Shown here piece after piece: positions 57,742 to 59,124 of a stretch of DNA of 59,124 bases. The notes beneath the pieces are model-generated. The model saw only the letters and a list, made by a program, of their open reading frames with translations, was not told where the DNA came from and made no database searches. The first letter of the stretch is position 1. The number at the start of each line of letters is the position of its first letter. This DNA comes from a virus (Duplodnaviria > Caudoviricetes), in the IMG/VR virus record IMGVR_UViG_3300000228_000009, positions 1 through 59,124 of that record. One strand, written 5' to 3'. The translations under genes and the position numbers were made by a program.

Positions 57742-58913
57742 ATATAGATTGGCCCACTGGCATAATCACAATTACAAAGACGGACTCCTTCATGACTTGG
57801 GCTGGTGGATTTATTTACGACCTTAATACCGACCTATTCAGACGAGCCTTGAAGGATCGCGAGGATGACTGGGATGGGATGGCGTTTCCAAAAACACATA
57901 ACCATAATACTGCTGTCCTTCTGGGTGGTATTGAATATGCCCGTATCATAGAAATCCTTGCACCTTACACGATTACTTTTGATGATACTGGTGGTGCCTG
58001 GGTTTGTAATCTTATCGGCAGCAACAATAATATTCTTGATAAAACAAACCTGACGACTGTACAAGTAAGGTCAAATAACTCTGCTGGGTTGGTTCAGATG
58101 TCCGAGATACAGCACGGTATATTTAACGGGGTTGTTACTGTTGATGTTGTTCATGGAGTTGCTGGTACAGTGTACCCTATAGGAACACCAATGAAGCCCG
58201 TGAATAATCTTCAGGACGCAAAAATTATCGCTAATTACAGAGGATTCAAAGTAATTTATATAATAGGGACGATTACCATATCAGATGTTGATCTATCTGG
58301 TTTCAAATTAACCGGAATGAATCCAGTAGCGACTGGAGTTACTCTTGATTCAACAGCTCTTCTTGATAATTGTGAAATAACAGAATTAACAGTATCAGGA
58401 GCCGTTGATAGTAGATGTATTATACGTAATTGTATTATTGGTTTATTGGATCATTTTGATGGATTTATTTATCTCTGTGCTTTTACGTCTAATAAGATTA
58501 CGCTTTACGGCAGTACTCCAGCGGTATTCCTTGATTGCTATTCAGTGTCACCAACCAACCAACCCACTGTGATAGATTGTGCCAACGGAACCACACCATT
58601 GATTATCAGAAATTGGGTTGGTAGTATGAAGGTGATAAACAGAAACCAAGATAACGTGTATTCTTGTATAAACTTTAATGGTTACTGCGAATTAGACTCC
58701 AGTATTACTGCTGGTGGATGGGATATTTCAGGAACGGGGGATTTAGTTGATCATTCTACTGGAACCGCTATCGTTGATCATTCCAAATTGATACACGGAG
58801 ATGAGATTGCTGAGGCTGTTTGGAGATATACTCGGTCAGGTTCACAACCTGCATTTGATGATTCGTTAAGTTTCGATGACGTAAATAATTCTTACTTAAT
58901 AGGAGTAATATAA
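57738..58913 (+). CDS. putative virion protein with beta-helix-like region
   Basis: GTVYPIGTPMKPVNNL motif; Cys/Ile-rich repeats. Confidence 0.5.
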   Translation: MNIDWPTGIITITKTDSFMTWAGGFIYDLNTDLFRRALKDREDDWDGMAFPKTHNHNTAVLLGGIEYARIIEILAPYTITFDDTGGAWVCNLIGSNNNILDKTNLTTVQVRSNNSAGLVQMSEIQHGIFNGVVTVDVVHGVAGTVYPIGTPMKPVNNLQDAKIIANYRGFKVIYIIGTITISDVDLSGFKLTGMNPVATGVTLDSTALLDNCEITELTVSGAVDSRCIIRNCIIGLLDHFDGFIYLCAFTSNKITLYGSTPAVFLDCYSVSPTNQPTVIDCANGTTPLIIRNWVGSMKVINRNQDNVYSCINFNGYCELDSSITAGGWDISGTGDLVDHSTGTAIVDHSKLIHGDEIAEAVWRYTRSGSQPAFDDSLSFDDVNNSYLIGVI

Positions 58914-58914
58914 T

Positions 58915-59124
58915 ATGGCTAATTTAACAGTAAAGGATTCCACGGGAACAACTAAATATTTAAGTGCTTCTGGTGCGGGTACGGACGGTGATCCTCAAAT
59001 ATTGAAACACGAAGTTTCTAATTTTCCTGCGACTCAACCAGTTAGTGGCAGTGTCGGTATAACAAATTTCCCAACAACTCAACCAGTTAGTGGCAGTGTT
59101 GACATATCTAATTTCCCAACAACT
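58915..59124 (+). CDS. repeat-containing virion/fibre protein, partial
   Basis: MANLTVKDSTG...; 15-aa repeats SNFPATQPVSGSVGI / TNFPTTQPVSGSVDI; AGGAG RBS. Confidence 0.6.
   Translation, partial: MANLTVKDSTGTTKYLSASGAGTDGDPQILKHEVSNFPATQPVSGSVGITNFPTTQPVSGSVDISNFPTT

Noticed and set aside
53983-58064. alternative-frame and minus-strand ORFs in the GC-richer module
   Set aside because: overlap long plus-strand genes; expected by chance at higher GC
1-59124. tRNA or rRNA genes
   Set aside because: no cloverleaf with T-loop and acceptor stem recognised by eye; a tRNAscan or ARAGORN run would be needed to exclude them fully

Overview
Segment of a large AT-rich dsDNA tailed phage genome (standard genetic code). 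Bases 1-22,100 hold mostly short minus-strand accessory or early genes (SPFH, macrodomain, deaminase, HD, NADAR, SleB hydrolase, SLOG/DprA-like, a possible divergent SSB). The 14-22 kb part is built from repeated cassettes: an AGTGGTAC-N8/9-G element, often fused to a hairpin, then a structured leader with covarying stems and an AAAGGAG RBS. A small plus-strand island at 11.2-12.8 kb carries five TGTY-N10/11-GACA palindromes, two of them inside the gene of a probable DNA-binding protein. A repeat-rich divergence zone (22.1-22.9 kb) is followed by a plus-strand block. It contains a candidate ~370-nt structured ncRNA, PhoH, secreted PKD/Fn3-like proteins, ClpP, lysozyme, a cold-shock protein gene split by an ORF-less group I intron (missed by the ORF track), and dNMP kinase. 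Then come an intein-containing large terminase, portal, protease, scaffold, decoration protein, and a major capsid gene in three exons split by two sibling LAGLIDADG group I introns. Several free-standing homing-type nucleases and a more GC-rich virion-protein module complete the window. All functional calls come from motif recognition by eye; no searches were run.
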